The notes under the pieces: model-generated
The model's database searches: none
What the model saw: only the letters and a program-made list of their open reading frames with translations
Told to the model about the DNA's origin: nothing
Part shown: piece after piece, positions 31,001-39,820 of the stretch
How the letters are laid out: each line of letters opens with the position of its first letter
Numbering within the stretch: position 1 is the first letter of the stretch
NCBI GenBank assembly: GCA_043812655.1
Contig: JBDRLW010000018.1
Span: forward strand, 1-59,595
Source: a bacterium
Lineage (GTDB): Bacteria; Margulisbacteria; WOR-1; O2-12-FULL-45-9; XYB2-FULL-48-7
DNA: 59,595 nt
Reading direction: 5' to 3'
Translations under genes and position numbers: made by a program

Positions 31001-32492
31001 AATTTCCAGCCCTGATAAAAGTCTCATCTAAAACAATTTTGCCTTCGCCAATGGAAATGTTCCCTTTGGCTAGGTCAAAGGTTTGTTCCGCGATCTCCCC
31101 TTTAGTTAAAACCAGCTTTCCTTTAGCGGTTAAATTTCGCAGTGGGGCGGCTAGGAATTCGGGTGTTAATTTTAAGTTCAGGTTACCTTGGAAGCTTGAA
31201 AGAGTGGCCGCCATTTTACCGAGATAACCGCGGCCGGATAGCCTCAAGCCAGAAGCTTCGCTTGATAAATTGAGGGTTAGGTCGCTTAGGATCCGGCCGC
31301 TGGCAGCGAATACAGCGGTTTTTGAAAAGGCTTTGAAGCTATTTATGAGAAAATCACCGTTTTTGATCGCAAAAGATGAGTTGATGTTTTCAAGCGGCTG
31401 GCCAAAAGCGAGAGCCCGAGTCAAGTCGGCTGTTAGCGTGCCCGATAAATTATTCATCGGTCCGGTGATTTTCAGGCGACCGCTGGCTTTTCCTTCAATC
31501 CCTGGAGCGGCCTGGGCTAGTTTAGGCAGATCAATTCTTGAAAAATCTGCAGTAAGATTTAATCCAGGAGTGGATCCAAAAAAATCAAAAGAAGCCTTGG
31601 CCGCGACAGACGCGTCATAAATAGATAAGTTTTTGGTGGTCAAGCCGAGCTGGCCGTCATTATAAGTGAAAAACAGATCGCCGCTTAGGTTTTGTTCGTA
31701 AACAACAGCGTCCGTAAGGATAACTTTACCGGCTAGAGCGACAACGCCTTTTTTGGCCGGGGTTATTTTTAGTGACAGGTCGGCTTTCCCGTCTTTTATT
31801 TCCGTGTTTGGCAGGGGAATAAAGTAGTTGCCCCATTTGCGCAAGGGAAGCTCCGTTGCGACAACATTGATCGCGTAATTGCCTTTATCCGGCTCAATGA
31901 AGCCGTGGGCCTTTGCTTTTTCCGGGACAAGCCCGGAAGCAGAAAAACCGATCCTAGTCTTTTTTCTTAGATCAACGAAGCCGCTAAATTTTTCGGCGGT
32001 GCCGGTGAATGAGGTTGGTTGGCCATAGAAGCCAGATTCGTCCTGATATAAGACCCGGCAATTTTTGAAGACTATCTGGCCTGAAAAAGCCGGTGCGGCG
32101 GCCGGCCCTTTTTCTTGTTTTATGATCGATAAAAAATTCCAATCCCCCTGCCTATCGCGGGTAACATTAATAACACCATCAACCACGGTGATCTTGCTCA
32201 AGGCCGGGAGCATGTCGCCTTTATTGGCCAGGAATTTGACAACATTGTAATTTAAAACAACCTTTGAAGCGTGGCCGATCCCCGGGATATCAACGCCAAA
32301 AAGATCGATCTTGCCGACGATTATGCCGCCGCTGCTGTTAATTGTTACCTGACGGTTAAAAAGCGCAGAAAAGCTCTTTTCGGCTTCGCCTTTAATACCA
32401 TTGTAAATTGATGCTGACCAATCTTTTATGGAAAAAGCCGAGGTAAGAAAGGTTATTACCAGTAAGAAGAGAACAAGAGAGAGCTTTTTCAT
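28071..32492 (-). CDS. tamB: TamB-like translocation/assembly module protein
   Basis: ~1470 aa with repeated beta-strand motifs (GTFNQP, GNLAAP); directly upstream of the Omp85 gene; start set at ATG 32492. Confidence 0.8.
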   Translation of the reverse strand: MKKLSLVLFLLVITFLTSAFSIKDWSASIYNGIKGEAEKSFSALFNRQVTINSSGGIIVGKIDLFGVDIPGIGHASKVVLNYNVVKFLANKGDMLPALSKITVVDGVINVTRDRQGDWNFLSIIKQEKGPAAAPAFSGQIVFKNCRVLYQDESGFYGQPTSFTGTAEKFSGFVDLRKKTRIGFSASGLVPEKAKAHGFIEPDKGNYAINVVATELPLRKWGNYFIPLPNTEIKDGKADLSLKITPAKKGVVALAGKVILTDAVVYEQNLSGDLFFTYNDGQLGLTTKNLSIYDASVAAKASFDFFGSTPGLNLTADFSRIDLPKLAQAAPGIEGKASGRLKITGPMNNLSGTLTADLTRALAFGQPLENINSSFAIKNGDFLINSFKAFSKTAVFAASGRILSDLTLNLSSEASGLRLSGRGYLGKMAATLSSFQGNLNLKLTPEFLAAPLRNLTAKGKLVLTKGEIAEQTFDLAKGNISIGEGKIVLDETFIRAGNSMVLISGETGTDVPTKLTIAGKELNLDDIRILNSFLPRQFRNPTGIGTLEILATGQLPASLTASGKINFSSLQGNFLLQTKDLTTLFGSFEGSADLELLFPGKIVGGLAGLNLLLGGSLASPAVGVSLAINNFHYSDIYLDSLAGSLTYGDGMLTLLKPFTITNNGDRYQLWGSISSEGIDASLTVTKASLKSFYSLARKVQGEYNRQLVIITQDQVKDSSLVAPKIEVISPPENQGFIASSFLAKWAKLSAADKKSFNTTPAENVEGVFAGEASLSGPFNTLSGKIIGKVTKGSINMFAFDSFDLKAQLDNQKLTFEQAILNKDSGNITASGTYQFNNTIDLNVAASKMPLDILSLPFPGKTFKGAFNLNAGVKGKIEDPDFLLSADSRQAEIVGVKFSKIKLEVEKQGNRLNLQDISFVNDGISSEVRGNISLSSPGKLALGVRLNNNALGLLNLFTDEIKWLNGQAKLTLKATGTFNQPSFNGSLNLKETKIYVRGIASNIKNIEGAATLKDNKLEVSSLTGIWQGERTQNVQNFLGTAGIIDLSDLLSTPRRLALNLNFSPSRLFIAFPGLYNGTLNIDQLALQGPLTLDLNEGPTLRGKINLQDAVLTLQTSRPGDQKVFPLNFDLDLDLNKNTYAVMGDVNTLNLSNVMLNLEVAGQELKLAGNLAAPSLAGRVNFRRGTINIFNREFTLLSTEMQQRFFPYDPGSVTDNQAVFKGGEGAAGLMPDIDLTSSVNVENEEKDASGLIVKKNVVILARLKGTLFSRQEQEALKIGLLGYQEDKTRSPSQLTPSNYSEQELKVMLLPDFIKSLAGINNTEGQAGSNKVEANAIMADYLSSRMQTILFRGFEREAERRLGLESLTLEYNFGPKMREALGVNTPRGFEDSKPAWSVGFVKGFFDRLFLDVKYSQGLDQSVASSTNGTQLNYQLTFKLTPIWSIIYYAEPIMYNNYGALDAAGSQKITLRAGFSFW

Positions 32493-32518
32493 GCTAAACA
32501 AATATAGCCTGACGCCGG

Positions 32519-32551
32519 AAAAAAATCAAGGCAGCGGTTAAGCTGCCTTGA
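32519..32551 (-). terminator. Intrinsic terminator
   Basis: TCAAGGCAGC-GGTTAA-GCTGCCTTGA hairpin with a T-run on the minus strand. Confidence 0.75.
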
Positions 32552-32574
32552 TAAAAGACTAATGGAAGGAAGAA

Positions 32575-33312
32575 TTAAGTGGTTTCAGTTATATTAATAG
32601 ATCCAGTGTAAGTGCCATAACTCATAGAGGCGGTAGCTGTACCGTTAAAAGTAAGCGTTATATCCGTCTGGGCGATGCCGTCGACAGTTGTGGCAACGGT
32701 AACCGTTCCGGTTGGATAATCAGTGCCACTAGTGATCGGTATAGAAAAGTTAGAGTAAGTGAACGTCATAGCAAGGGTACTGGTTGTTCCCGAAGTCGAA
32801 GTAACAGAAAGGCTAAAGGACGTTATGCCACTGAAGGAGATGCTTTCGGCTGTGCTACCTGACCACGTAACGATTCCCTTGTAAGGATTGGCGGCGCTAC
32901 CATATGATTGGGTGTAACTTATACCAGATAAAGAAACAGTATAGCTGCCGTAGACTTCAACGGTTGTAACTTGACCAGATGCCTCGTCAGTAATTAGTCT
33001 AAGATGTAAATCGGCCGAGCTGTTAGAAGTGGTTTCCACCAGATGATAGGAACCGCCCCCCTCATCGGTCGTTGTTGAAGGCCTGATGGAGGCGCTCTTG
33101 ACCGAAAGAGAACCGATGCTGCCAGTTTGGGCTGAACTTCCCAATAATCCATTGATGGTTTGAGCCATGTTTACGCCGACTGCAGAATAAGCAGCGGCAT
33201 CGGCACCAGCTAAAGCATCATTCGTTGTAGTAGCGGTTTGCTGGGCGCAGCCGGTAATGATAGTAAATAAGCCAACGATCAATAGCAATGACAAATGTTT
33301 TTTCATTAACAT
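32575..33312 (-). CDS. Ser/Thr-rich lipoprotein
   Basis: MKKHLSLLLIVGLFTIITG-C lipobox; beta-rich body; exact start uncertain. Confidence 0.8.
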   Translation of the reverse strand: MLMKKHLSLLLIVGLFTIITGCAQQTATTTNDALAGADAAAYSAVGVNMAQTINGLLGSSAQTGSIGSLSVKSASIRPSTTTDEGGGSYHLVETTSNSSADLHLRLITDEASGQVTTVEVYGSYTVSLSGISYTQSYGSAANPYKGIVTWSGSTAESISFSGITSFSLSVTSTSGTTSTLAMTFTYSNFSIPITSGTDYPTGTVTVATTVDGIAQTDITLTFNGTATASMSYGTYTGSINITETT

Positions 33313-33330
33313 CAATGTGTTTGTTCCTCT

Positions 33331-34425
33331 TTAGAAGCCGATTGAAACATCCGCAAAGGTGCGGGTTAAACCGGAGTTGTTAGCGTCAACTGCTGACGCA
33401 AGCCCAAGGCGAACGAGTTTAAAATTTATTTCTGCGCCATAGGTTGTTAAATTTGTGGATGGGCCAGAAACTAACCCGGCTCGGAGAACGACCGTTTCGA
33501 AAAAGATCGGATATTCAAGCCCAAAATGGGTGAAACTTCCCGCTTTTTGCATGTCCAAGTCAAGTGCGACTCCTAAGCCAATCCCTGGGATAGTGGTATA
33601 CGCACCAAGAGCGGTAGAACTATCAGGCGTGATCGTTTGGTCTGCCAGAGGAACTTCGGCATCAAAGGTTACTTGGCCGGTAGTTTTGTTGATATGAGCG
33701 AGTTTGGAGGTGCTTTTCAAAACGTAACTGGCCGAGACGTCACGCATGACTGCGCCGACAGCAAGCTTGGAAACATAGGGGACATCAAGCGTAGTTAGAA
33801 GGCCGAGGTCAAAGCCCATGCCTGTCCCTGTGCCATAAGTTTGTGTTCCATTCGATTTGTTAGGATCAAGGGGATCGACAGTAGCTGTGATTGAACCTGC
33901 AATGGCGCTAATTGATTTGACGTTTACGCCGACATCAAGTGCGGCTGGCAAATAAGGGACAGAAAACGTGGTGCCGAGCGTTAAGGTCGGGTCATAGCGA
34001 CCACCGGCAACAACTGTACCACCTAAACTTAGAGCCGGTTTGTTTACTGTGACGTTGAGGTTGGGGACGGCGCTCAAACCGATCTTCCTAAAGTTAAGGC
34101 CGACAACTCCAGAAAGATTACCAGTAAAATTTAAATTAGTGGAATAGTTATCTAACAGGAATTTGGCCGGATCGCTGGCATTAGCTAATGAATCAGAGAG
34201 CGCGGCCATGTCTGTATAAGCGGCTCCTGGTGCAATTCTAAGATCGAAAGCCATGACGTCTCCCCGCATTAAACAGGCTGGATTATAGTAAGCGGCATCA
34301 ATACCATGGCTGGCAGCGACCCCTGTTCCCCCCATCCCAGCACCACGACCACCAACTAATAACTGGGCAGAAGCCAAACTGACACAGAGACAAACCAACA
34401 GTAGACTTAACGCGATCTTTTTCAT
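33331..34425 (-). CDS. Outer-membrane beta-barrel protein (FadL/TraF/UPF0164-like N-terminus)
   Basis: Signal peptide, GGRGAGMGGTGVA...AAYYNPA, C-terminal Phe. Confidence 0.75.
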   Translation of the reverse strand: MKKIALSLLLVCLCVSLASAQLLVGGRGAGMGGTGVAASHGIDAAYYNPACLMRGDVMAFDLRIAPGAAYTDMAALSDSLANASDPAKFLLDNYSTNLNFTGNLSGVVGLNFRKIGLSAVPNLNVTVNKPALSLGGTVVAGGRYDPTLTLGTTFSVPYLPAALDVGVNVKSISAIAGSITATVDPLDPNKSNGTQTYGTGTGMGFDLGLLTTLDVPYVSKLAVGAVMRDVSASYVLKSTSKLAHINKTTGQVTFDAEVPLADQTITPDSSTALGAYTTIPGIGLGVALDLDMQKAGSFTHFGLEYPIFFETVVLRAGLVSGPSTNLTTYGAEINFKLVRLGLASAVDANNSGLTRTFADVSIGF

Positions 34426-34438
34426 CTGAACCCTCCTT

Positions 34439-34460
34439 GTGCCGAGCGAAGCCGAGGCAC
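34439..34460 (-). repeat. stem-TCGGC-loop-CTC-stem hairpin
   Basis: Minus strand GTGCC TCGGC TTCG CTC GGCAC, directly before SD AAGGAGG. Confidence 0.7.
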
Positions 34461-34533
34461 TTTTAAAAAGTGAATTAATTTTATCACGCGAAGTTGATAT
34501 GTCAAGCTTAATGTGTTAAAATAACACTTGAAC

Positions 34534-35145
34534 ATGCCCAAAAAAGCAAAGCGGAAACGCGGCTTATTGGTAGTGATTTCCGGCCCGTCGGGGGTTGGTA
34601 AATCGACCGTGGTGCGCCGGTTGTTTAAGGTTTATCCGGAGCTTTTAATGTCGATTTCTTCTACCACCAGGGCACCGCGGCCGGGCGAGATCCATGGCCA
34701 GCATTATTTCTTTATCACGCAGGAAGAGTTTGACCTGCGGGTAAGACAAGACGATTTCCTGGAGTGGGCGAAAGTGCACGGGAGTTATTACGGCACACCG
34801 CGCAGTTATATTGAAAAAGAGTTAGACAAGGGGAGGGTTGTGGTCTTGGAGGTTGATGTCCAGGGCGCGACTGCCGTTAAACGGATCGTCCAGGCGGGGG
34901 AATTGGAATCATCCGCGGTTTTTATTTTTCTGATCCCGCCGTCGGTCGATATCCTGGCTTTTCGGCTTAAAAAGCGAAAGACCGAAGACGCGGAGGTCGT
35001 CAATTACCGCTTGCGGGCGGCGATCGCCGAACTTCAAGTAATGGAAAAGTACGATTATATCGTGGTCAATGACAAAGTCGAGTCGGCCGCGGATAAGATC
35101 AAGGCGATCATTAATGTTGAAAAAGAAAGGACGTTATTAAATTGA
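34534..35145 (+). CDS. gmk: Guanylate kinase
   Basis: ISGPSGVGKST, TTRAPRPGE, YYGTP, DVQGA. Confidence 0.97.
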   Translation: MPKKAKRKRGLLVVISGPSGVGKSTVVRRLFKVYPELLMSISSTTRAPRPGEIHGQHYFFITQEEFDLRVRQDDFLEWAKVHGSYYGTPRSYIEKELDKGRVVVLEVDVQGATAVKRIVQAGELESSAVFIFLIPPSVDILAFRLKKRKTEDAEVVNYRLRAAIAELQVMEKYDYIVVNDKVESAADKIKAIINVEKERTLLN

Positions 35146-35468
35146 AAGAATTAAATATTGACGATTTATTGTCCAAGGCGAAAAATAAATTTTTATTGGT
35201 CAATGCCGCGGCCGGGCGGGCCAAGCAAGTTTCCGAAGGCTCGCTCCCATACATCGATAATTTTGACCCGACCAATCCGGTCATTACCGCCCTTCGTGAA
35301 ATTGCCGCCGATAAATTACACATTAAGGTCCTTTCCGGGCCGGCTAAAAAGGTCCAAGAACTGCTGGTTTCGCAAGATGAAGAATCGCGTCCGGCTGACA
35401 TTAGCCGTTTAGCTAGAGACAAAAAAGTTAGCGCCGCCCCGAAGAAGAAAGAGAAGAAGAAGAAATAA
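35142..35468 (+). CDS. rpoZ: RNA polymerase omega subunit with Lys-rich tail
   Basis: IDDLL...NKFLLVNAAAGRAKQ...NPVITALREI; gmk-rpoZ-coaBC synteny; TTG start. Confidence 0.9.
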   Translation: MKELNIDDLLSKAKNKFLLVNAAAGRAKQVSEGSLPYIDNFDPTNPVITALREIAADKLHIKVLSGPAKKVQELLVSQDEESRPADISRLARDKKVSAAPKKKEKKKK

Positions 35469-35598
35469 ACTCTAAATCCTAAACTCTAAATTCTAAATAA
35501 TATTAAATGGGGAAAACCCAAATTTTTTAAACTATTTTTGATTTTGAACTTAAGATTTTGAATTTATTTAGTGTTTAGAATTTAGTGTTTAGAATTTT
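35466..35598. repeat. Inverted heptamer-repeat element (TAAACTC/TAAATTC ... GAATTTA/GTGTTTA)
   Basis: Five units at 35466-35500 mirrored by five units at 35564-35598; the first unit supplies the rpoZ stop. Confidence 0.85.
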
Positions 35599-35604
35599 AC
35601 GCAT

Positions 35605-36810
35605 ATGCTTAAGAATAAGACAATCGTATTAGGTGTTACTGGTGGAATTGCCGCTTACAAGGCCGCAACGATTGCTTCCCGCTTAAAAGATCTTGGAGCT
35701 GATGTTTGGGTCGTTATGACTGATTCTGCCACTAAGTTGATTGGCCCGGCCACTTTTAGAACTCTTTCCGGTAATCCCGTAATTACTAATTTGTTTGCTG
35801 ACGACATAGCTTCAACGCCTGTTCCCCATATTTCCCTGGCGGAAAAAGCCGACCTAATTTTAATTGCTCCTTGTACGGCTAATGTTATTGGCAAAATGGC
35901 TGGCGGCTTAGCCGATGATGCCTTAACGACCATAGTATTAGCTTCAACCGCGAAAAAATTACTGGCTCCGGCCATGAATTGCCAGATGTGGCAAAGTGAC
36001 GCGGTCCAAAAAAACATAAATCAGCTTGGTTTGTTTGGCTTTGAATTGATCGGGCCGGAAGAAGGGAAGCTGGCGTGCGGAGATCATGATATCGGTAGGA
36101 TGAGTGAGCCGGAAGAGATTGTAGCGAGGATTGTTAGTCTGTTAGTCGGTAAGTTGGTTAGCTCGTTAGATAAAAAAGACAAAGATTTATTAGGGAAAAA
36201 GATTTTAGTCACTGCAGGAGGGACAAGAGAGGCGATCGACCCGATCCGCTACATCTCCAACCGCTCATCGGGAAAGATGGGCTATGCTTTGGCAATTGAA
36301 GCGGCAAAAAGAGGCGCGGAAGTGACTTTAATCTCGGCGCCGACCAGCTTGAACGCTCCTCAAAATGTTAATTTTATTGAAGTTGAAAGTGCGGCAGAGA
36401 TGCACACTGCCGTCATGGAAAATTTCTCTAAACAAAACGTGATCATTATGGCGGCGGCGGTAGCGGATTATCGTCCGGCTATTACCTTCTGGCAAAAATT
36501 AAAGAAGGGCGATGAGACATTTAATTTGGAATTATCAAGAACGATGGATATTTTGGCGGAGCTGGGAGCGAGAAAGAACGGGACTTGTTTAGTTGGCTTC
36601 GCGGCCGAGACGAATGACCATGTTGAAAACGCCAAAAACAAAATGCAGGGTAAAAACCTTGACCTTATTATTGTAAATGATACAAAAGCGTTTGAAAGCG
36701 AAGTTTCGGAAGTTAAGATCATTGATAAGTCGGGAAATGTCGAAGAATTGCCAGAACTGCCCAAGCCGGAAGTCGCGGGAAGGATCTTAGATGCCATTCT
36801 TCGATTATAA
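35605..36810 (+). CDS. coaBC: Phosphopantothenoylcysteine decarboxylase/synthase
   Basis: GVTGGIAAYK, APAMN, TAGGTREAIDPIRYISNRSSGKMG, AAVADY, VGFAAET. Confidence 0.97.
   Translation: MLKNKTIVLGVTGGIAAYKAATIASRLKDLGADVWVVMTDSATKLIGPATFRTLSGNPVITNLFADDIASTPVPHISLAEKADLILIAPCTANVIGKMAGGLADDALTTIVLASTAKKLLAPAMNCQMWQSDAVQKNINQLGLFGFELIGPEEGKLACGDHDIGRMSEPEEIVARIVSLLVGKLVSSLDKKDKDLLGKKILVTAGGTREAIDPIRYISNRSSGKMGYALAIEAAKRGAEVTLISAPTSLNAPQNVNFIEVESAAEMHTAVMENFSKQNVIIMAAAVADYRPAITFWQKLKKGDETFNLELSRTMDILAELGARKNGTCLVGFAAETNDHVENAKNKMQGKNLDLIIVNDTKAFESEVSEVKIIDKSGNVEELPELPKPEVAGRILDAILRL
36133..36169 (+). repeat. Degenerate octamer array (GTTAGTnn) in the CoaC-CoaB linker
   Basis: GTTAGTCT GTTAGTCG GTAAGTTG GTTAGCTC GTTAG. 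Confidence 0.65.
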
Positions 36811-37021
36811 ATGCCAGGCTTGCCAAAAAGTTTTTGAAACTGTCCACGGAATGGCTGGAAAGCCGGCTGACCTTAAATGCGAGTTTTGCGGCTCAAAAGA
36901 TCTTCTGCGGATCTTCCATCCTATCGGCCGATTATCTAGCGGTGCCGACCATTCTCACTCCCACTCCAGCGGTAGCAAATGCGGGGCCTGTTCTTCCCAC
37001 TCCTGCGGCAGCTGCCATTAA
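36791..37021 (+). CDS. FmdB family zinc-ribbon protein
   Basis: MPFFDYKCQAC...FE...CEFCGS...CGACSSHSCGSCH. Confidence 0.88.
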   Translation: MPFFDYKCQACQKVFETVHGMAGKPADLKCEFCGSKDLLRIFHPIGRLSSGADHSHSHSSGSKCGACSSHSCGSCH

Positions 37022-37276
37022 TCAGCCGAAACGTAATTTCATGTACAATATATAAAGGCTTAGCAATAATGTTATGCAGTTCGCCACTATCACTGGGATC
37101 GAATTAATTGCTAATCCATAAATCAACCAGAAAATTAAACCAAAAGAAAAAATGATGAACATCGATAATGACAGATCTTTGGTGTGATGAGATTGATGGG
37201 TTTTGATCACCTGCGGCAAGAACGCGATCGTGGTGCAAAACGCGGCTAAGGAGCCGAGCATGAGGGTAATATCCAT
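37022..37276 (-). CDS. SemiSWEET (PQ-loop) transporter
   Basis: TTIAFLPQVIKT...TKDLS...WLIYG...VIVAN. Confidence 0.92.
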   Translation of the reverse strand: MDITLMLGSLAAFCTTIAFLPQVIKTHQSHHTKDLSLSMFIIFSFGLIFWLIYGLAINSIPVIVANCITLLLSLYILYMKLRFG

Positions 37277-37311
37277 ATCTTTATTCTATCATAATAAGAT
37301 ATAATTTGATT

Positions 37312-39321
37312 ATGTACGCCGAAGTCTTAATAGACAAAGCCTCTAGCGGGATCGATAAGATCTTCCACTATGCTATTCCCCAAGCTTTACAAGCTGATCT
37401 GAAAATTGGCCAGCAAGTTAAGGTTCCATTTGGCAAACGAGAGGAGGTTGGCTTTGTTACTGGCTTGGCTAAAGAAGCAGATGTTAAAAATATTAAAGAG
37501 ATCATTGGAATTGTTAATCCCGAACCGCTTTTTTCTGCCAAAGGTGTAGATTTGGCCAGATGGATCGCCGACTACTATTGCTCGTTTTTTGTGACGGCCC
37601 TGAAACTAATGATGCCGGCGGGGGTGAAGAAAGGGGTTAGCAAGAGAGGGGGTAGGAAGATAGTAAAAGCGACTGAAGAAAATAAATCCCCGGTGTTATC
37701 TACTCCTTTTACCTTAACGCAAGATCAATCTTCTGCTGTAAAGCTAATTAATTCTGCGATCGATGGGGAAAAGAAAGATACGTTTCTTCTTTTTGGCGTG
37801 ACGGGGTCGGGGAAGACTGAAATTTACATGCGGGCGATCGAGCGTCTTTTAGAGAAAGGAAAAAGCGCTATAGTTCTAGTTCCAGAAATCGCCTTAACGC
37901 CGCAACTGGTTGAGCGTTTTCAGGGAAGGTTTGGGGAGCTAACCGCTGTTTTGCACAGCGGTTTAACGGATAAGTTTCGAAGGATCGCGTGGAAGCGGGT
38001 GGCGTCGGGCGAAGCGCGAATAGTGTTGGGGGCGAGATCAGCACTCTTTGCGCCGGTTAATAATTTAGGTTTAATTGTGATCGATGAGGAATATGAAAAC
38101 ACTTATAAATCTTCGGATAAAAGTCCGCGGTATCATGTCCGCGAAGTTTCTGAAAAACTGGCTGAATTAAATAATGCCGTTGTTGTCTTAGGCTCGGCCA
38201 CTCCGTCGATCGAGACTTATTATAGGTCAGAGTTGGGAGAAGAGATTAAGCGGTTAAATTTACCGACTAGAGTTGATGATCGGCCGATGCCGGTAGTTGA
38301 AATTGTTGATCTAAGGCAGGAGCTTAAAGCCAAAAACTTTGGTGTTTTATCAGCCAAGCTTAAAGAAGAAATAAAAAATACGCTGGAAAATCGGGAGCAG
38401 GTAATTTTATTCATGAACCGGCTCGGCTATTTTACTTTTGTCATGTGCCGGGAGTGCGGATTGACGATCGAATGCCCTAATTGCTCGGTCTCACTTGTCT
38501 ACCATACTAATGATCGGAGTCTCCATTGCGGGCGGTGCGGCTATACCTCTAGTTCGCCAACTAGTTGTCCCCGCTGCAACAGCCGGGCGATAAAATATTT
38601 TGGGACCGGGACCCAACGGATCGAAGATGAAGTGACAAAGATTTATCCGCAGGCGCGGATCTTGCGCTACGATCGCGACACTACGACCAAGCGAGGCTCG
38701 CACGACCAATTCTTTTCTGATCTTTCGACCGGTAAAGCCGATGTTTTGATCGGAACGCAAATGGTCGCCAAAGGGCTCGATATTCCCAATGTGACTTTGG
38801 TTGGCGTTGTCTCCGCTGACACGGCGATCGGGATGCCGGAGTTTCGGGCGGCGGAACATACTTTCCAATTATTAACTCAAGTTGCCGGTCGGGCTGGTCG
38901 GCATAATAAAACCGGAAAAGTAATTATCCAAACTTACAATCCGGAACACTACGCGATCAAGGCTGCTGGCAAGCATGACTACGAAGCTTTTTATAAACAG
39001 GAGCTCGAGCATCGGCGCGAGCTTGGTTATCCGCCGTTTGGGAAGTTGGTTAGTTTGTTAGTTAGTGGGAGCGATAGAAAAAAAACGGCCAAGATCGCCG
39101 ATGATCTTGGAGCTTTTTTAAAAAGGCGAGTTGGCGATCAAGTCCTGGGCCCCGCGCCAGCGGCAATCTCCAGGTTGAACAGCGAATGGCGTTATCGGAT
39201 TTTATTAAAAGGTAAAGACCTTGATAAATTGCGGAGTGCTGTTCGTGAAACCTTAGAAAAAGTCGTAGTGCCGGATGATATTCGAGTTGCTGTAGATGTT
39301 GAACCAATGGGTTTGTTATAA
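37312..39321 (+). CDS. priA: Primosomal protein N'
   Basis: GVTGSGKTE, VPEIALTPQ, IDEE, four CxxC pairs, GTQMVAKG, QVAGRAGR. Confidence 0.97.
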   Translation: MYAEVLIDKASSGIDKIFHYAIPQALQADLKIGQQVKVPFGKREEVGFVTGLAKEADVKNIKEIIGIVNPEPLFSAKGVDLARWIADYYCSFFVTALKLMMPAGVKKGVSKRGGRKIVKATEENKSPVLSTPFTLTQDQSSAVKLINSAIDGEKKDTFLLFGVTGSGKTEIYMRAIERLLEKGKSAIVLVPEIALTPQLVERFQGRFGELTAVLHSGLTDKFRRIAWKRVASGEARIVLGARSALFAPVNNLGLIVIDEEYENTYKSSDKSPRYHVREVSEKLAELNNAVVVLGSATPSIETYYRSELGEEIKRLNLPTRVDDRPMPVVEIVDLRQELKAKNFGVLSAKLKEEIKNTLENREQVILFMNRLGYFTFVMCRECGLTIECPNCSVSLVYHTNDRSLHCGRCGYTSSSPTSCPRCNSRAIKYFGTGTQRIEDEVTKIYPQARILRYDRDTTTKRGSHDQFFSDLSTGKADVLIGTQMVAKGLDIPNVTLVGVVSADTAIGMPEFRAAEHTFQLLTQVAGRAGRHNKTGKVIIQTYNPEHYAIKAAGKHDYEAFYKQELEHRRELGYPPFGKLVSLLVSGSDRKKTAKIADDLGAFLKRRVGDQVLGPAPAAISRLNSEWRYRILLKGKDLDKLRSAVRETLEKVVVPDDIRVAVDVEPMGLL

Positions 39322-39328
39322 TATCAAT

Positions 39329-39820
39329 ATGCCACTCAAGATCTCAAAATTCCCCGCGCCGGTGCTGCGCAAAACTGCGAAGCCAGTTAAAAAAGTAACG
39401 CCAGAAATTATCGAACTTATCGATAAGATGATCGCGACAATGAAGGCCGCGCCGGGGATCGGACTAGCGGCGCCGCAGGTTGGCAGGTCGCTCCGGGTCA
39501 TTGTCCTTGATATCGGCGAAGGAGAATATGCGCTGATCAATCCGGAGGTCATCGATAAGTCAGGCGGCCAAACGATCCTGGAGGGATGCCTTTCACTGCC
39601 GGGAGTTGAAGCGCCGGTTGAGCGGGCCTCTTGGGTAAAAGTGAAAGGGATCGATCGGGATGGCGAAGAAGTTGTGGTTGTCGCGGAGGGGCTTCTTGCG
39701 ACTGTCTTCCAACACGAGATAGACCATTTAGAGGGACATGTCTTTATAGATAGGGTAAAGGACCCATCACTAATTAAGCACGTTCCCAGATCAAAAGAAA
39801 AAAAGGAAGAGTTGATCTAA
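39329..39820 (+). CDS. def: Peptide deformylase
   Basis: GIGLAAPQVG, EGCLS, QHEIDHL; start at ATG 39329. Confidence 0.97.
   Translation: MPLKISKFPAPVLRKTAKPVKKVTPEIIELIDKMIATMKAAPGIGLAAPQVGRSLRVIVLDIGEGEYALINPEVIDKSGGQTILEGCLSLPGVEAPVERASWVKVKGIDRDGEEVVVVAEGLLATVFQHEIDHLEGHVFIDRVKDPSLIKHVPRSKEKKEELI

Noticed and set aside
35466..35598. Repeat arrays as CRISPR
   Set aside because: Units are 7 nt, contiguous and without unique spacers; no cas genes in the window.
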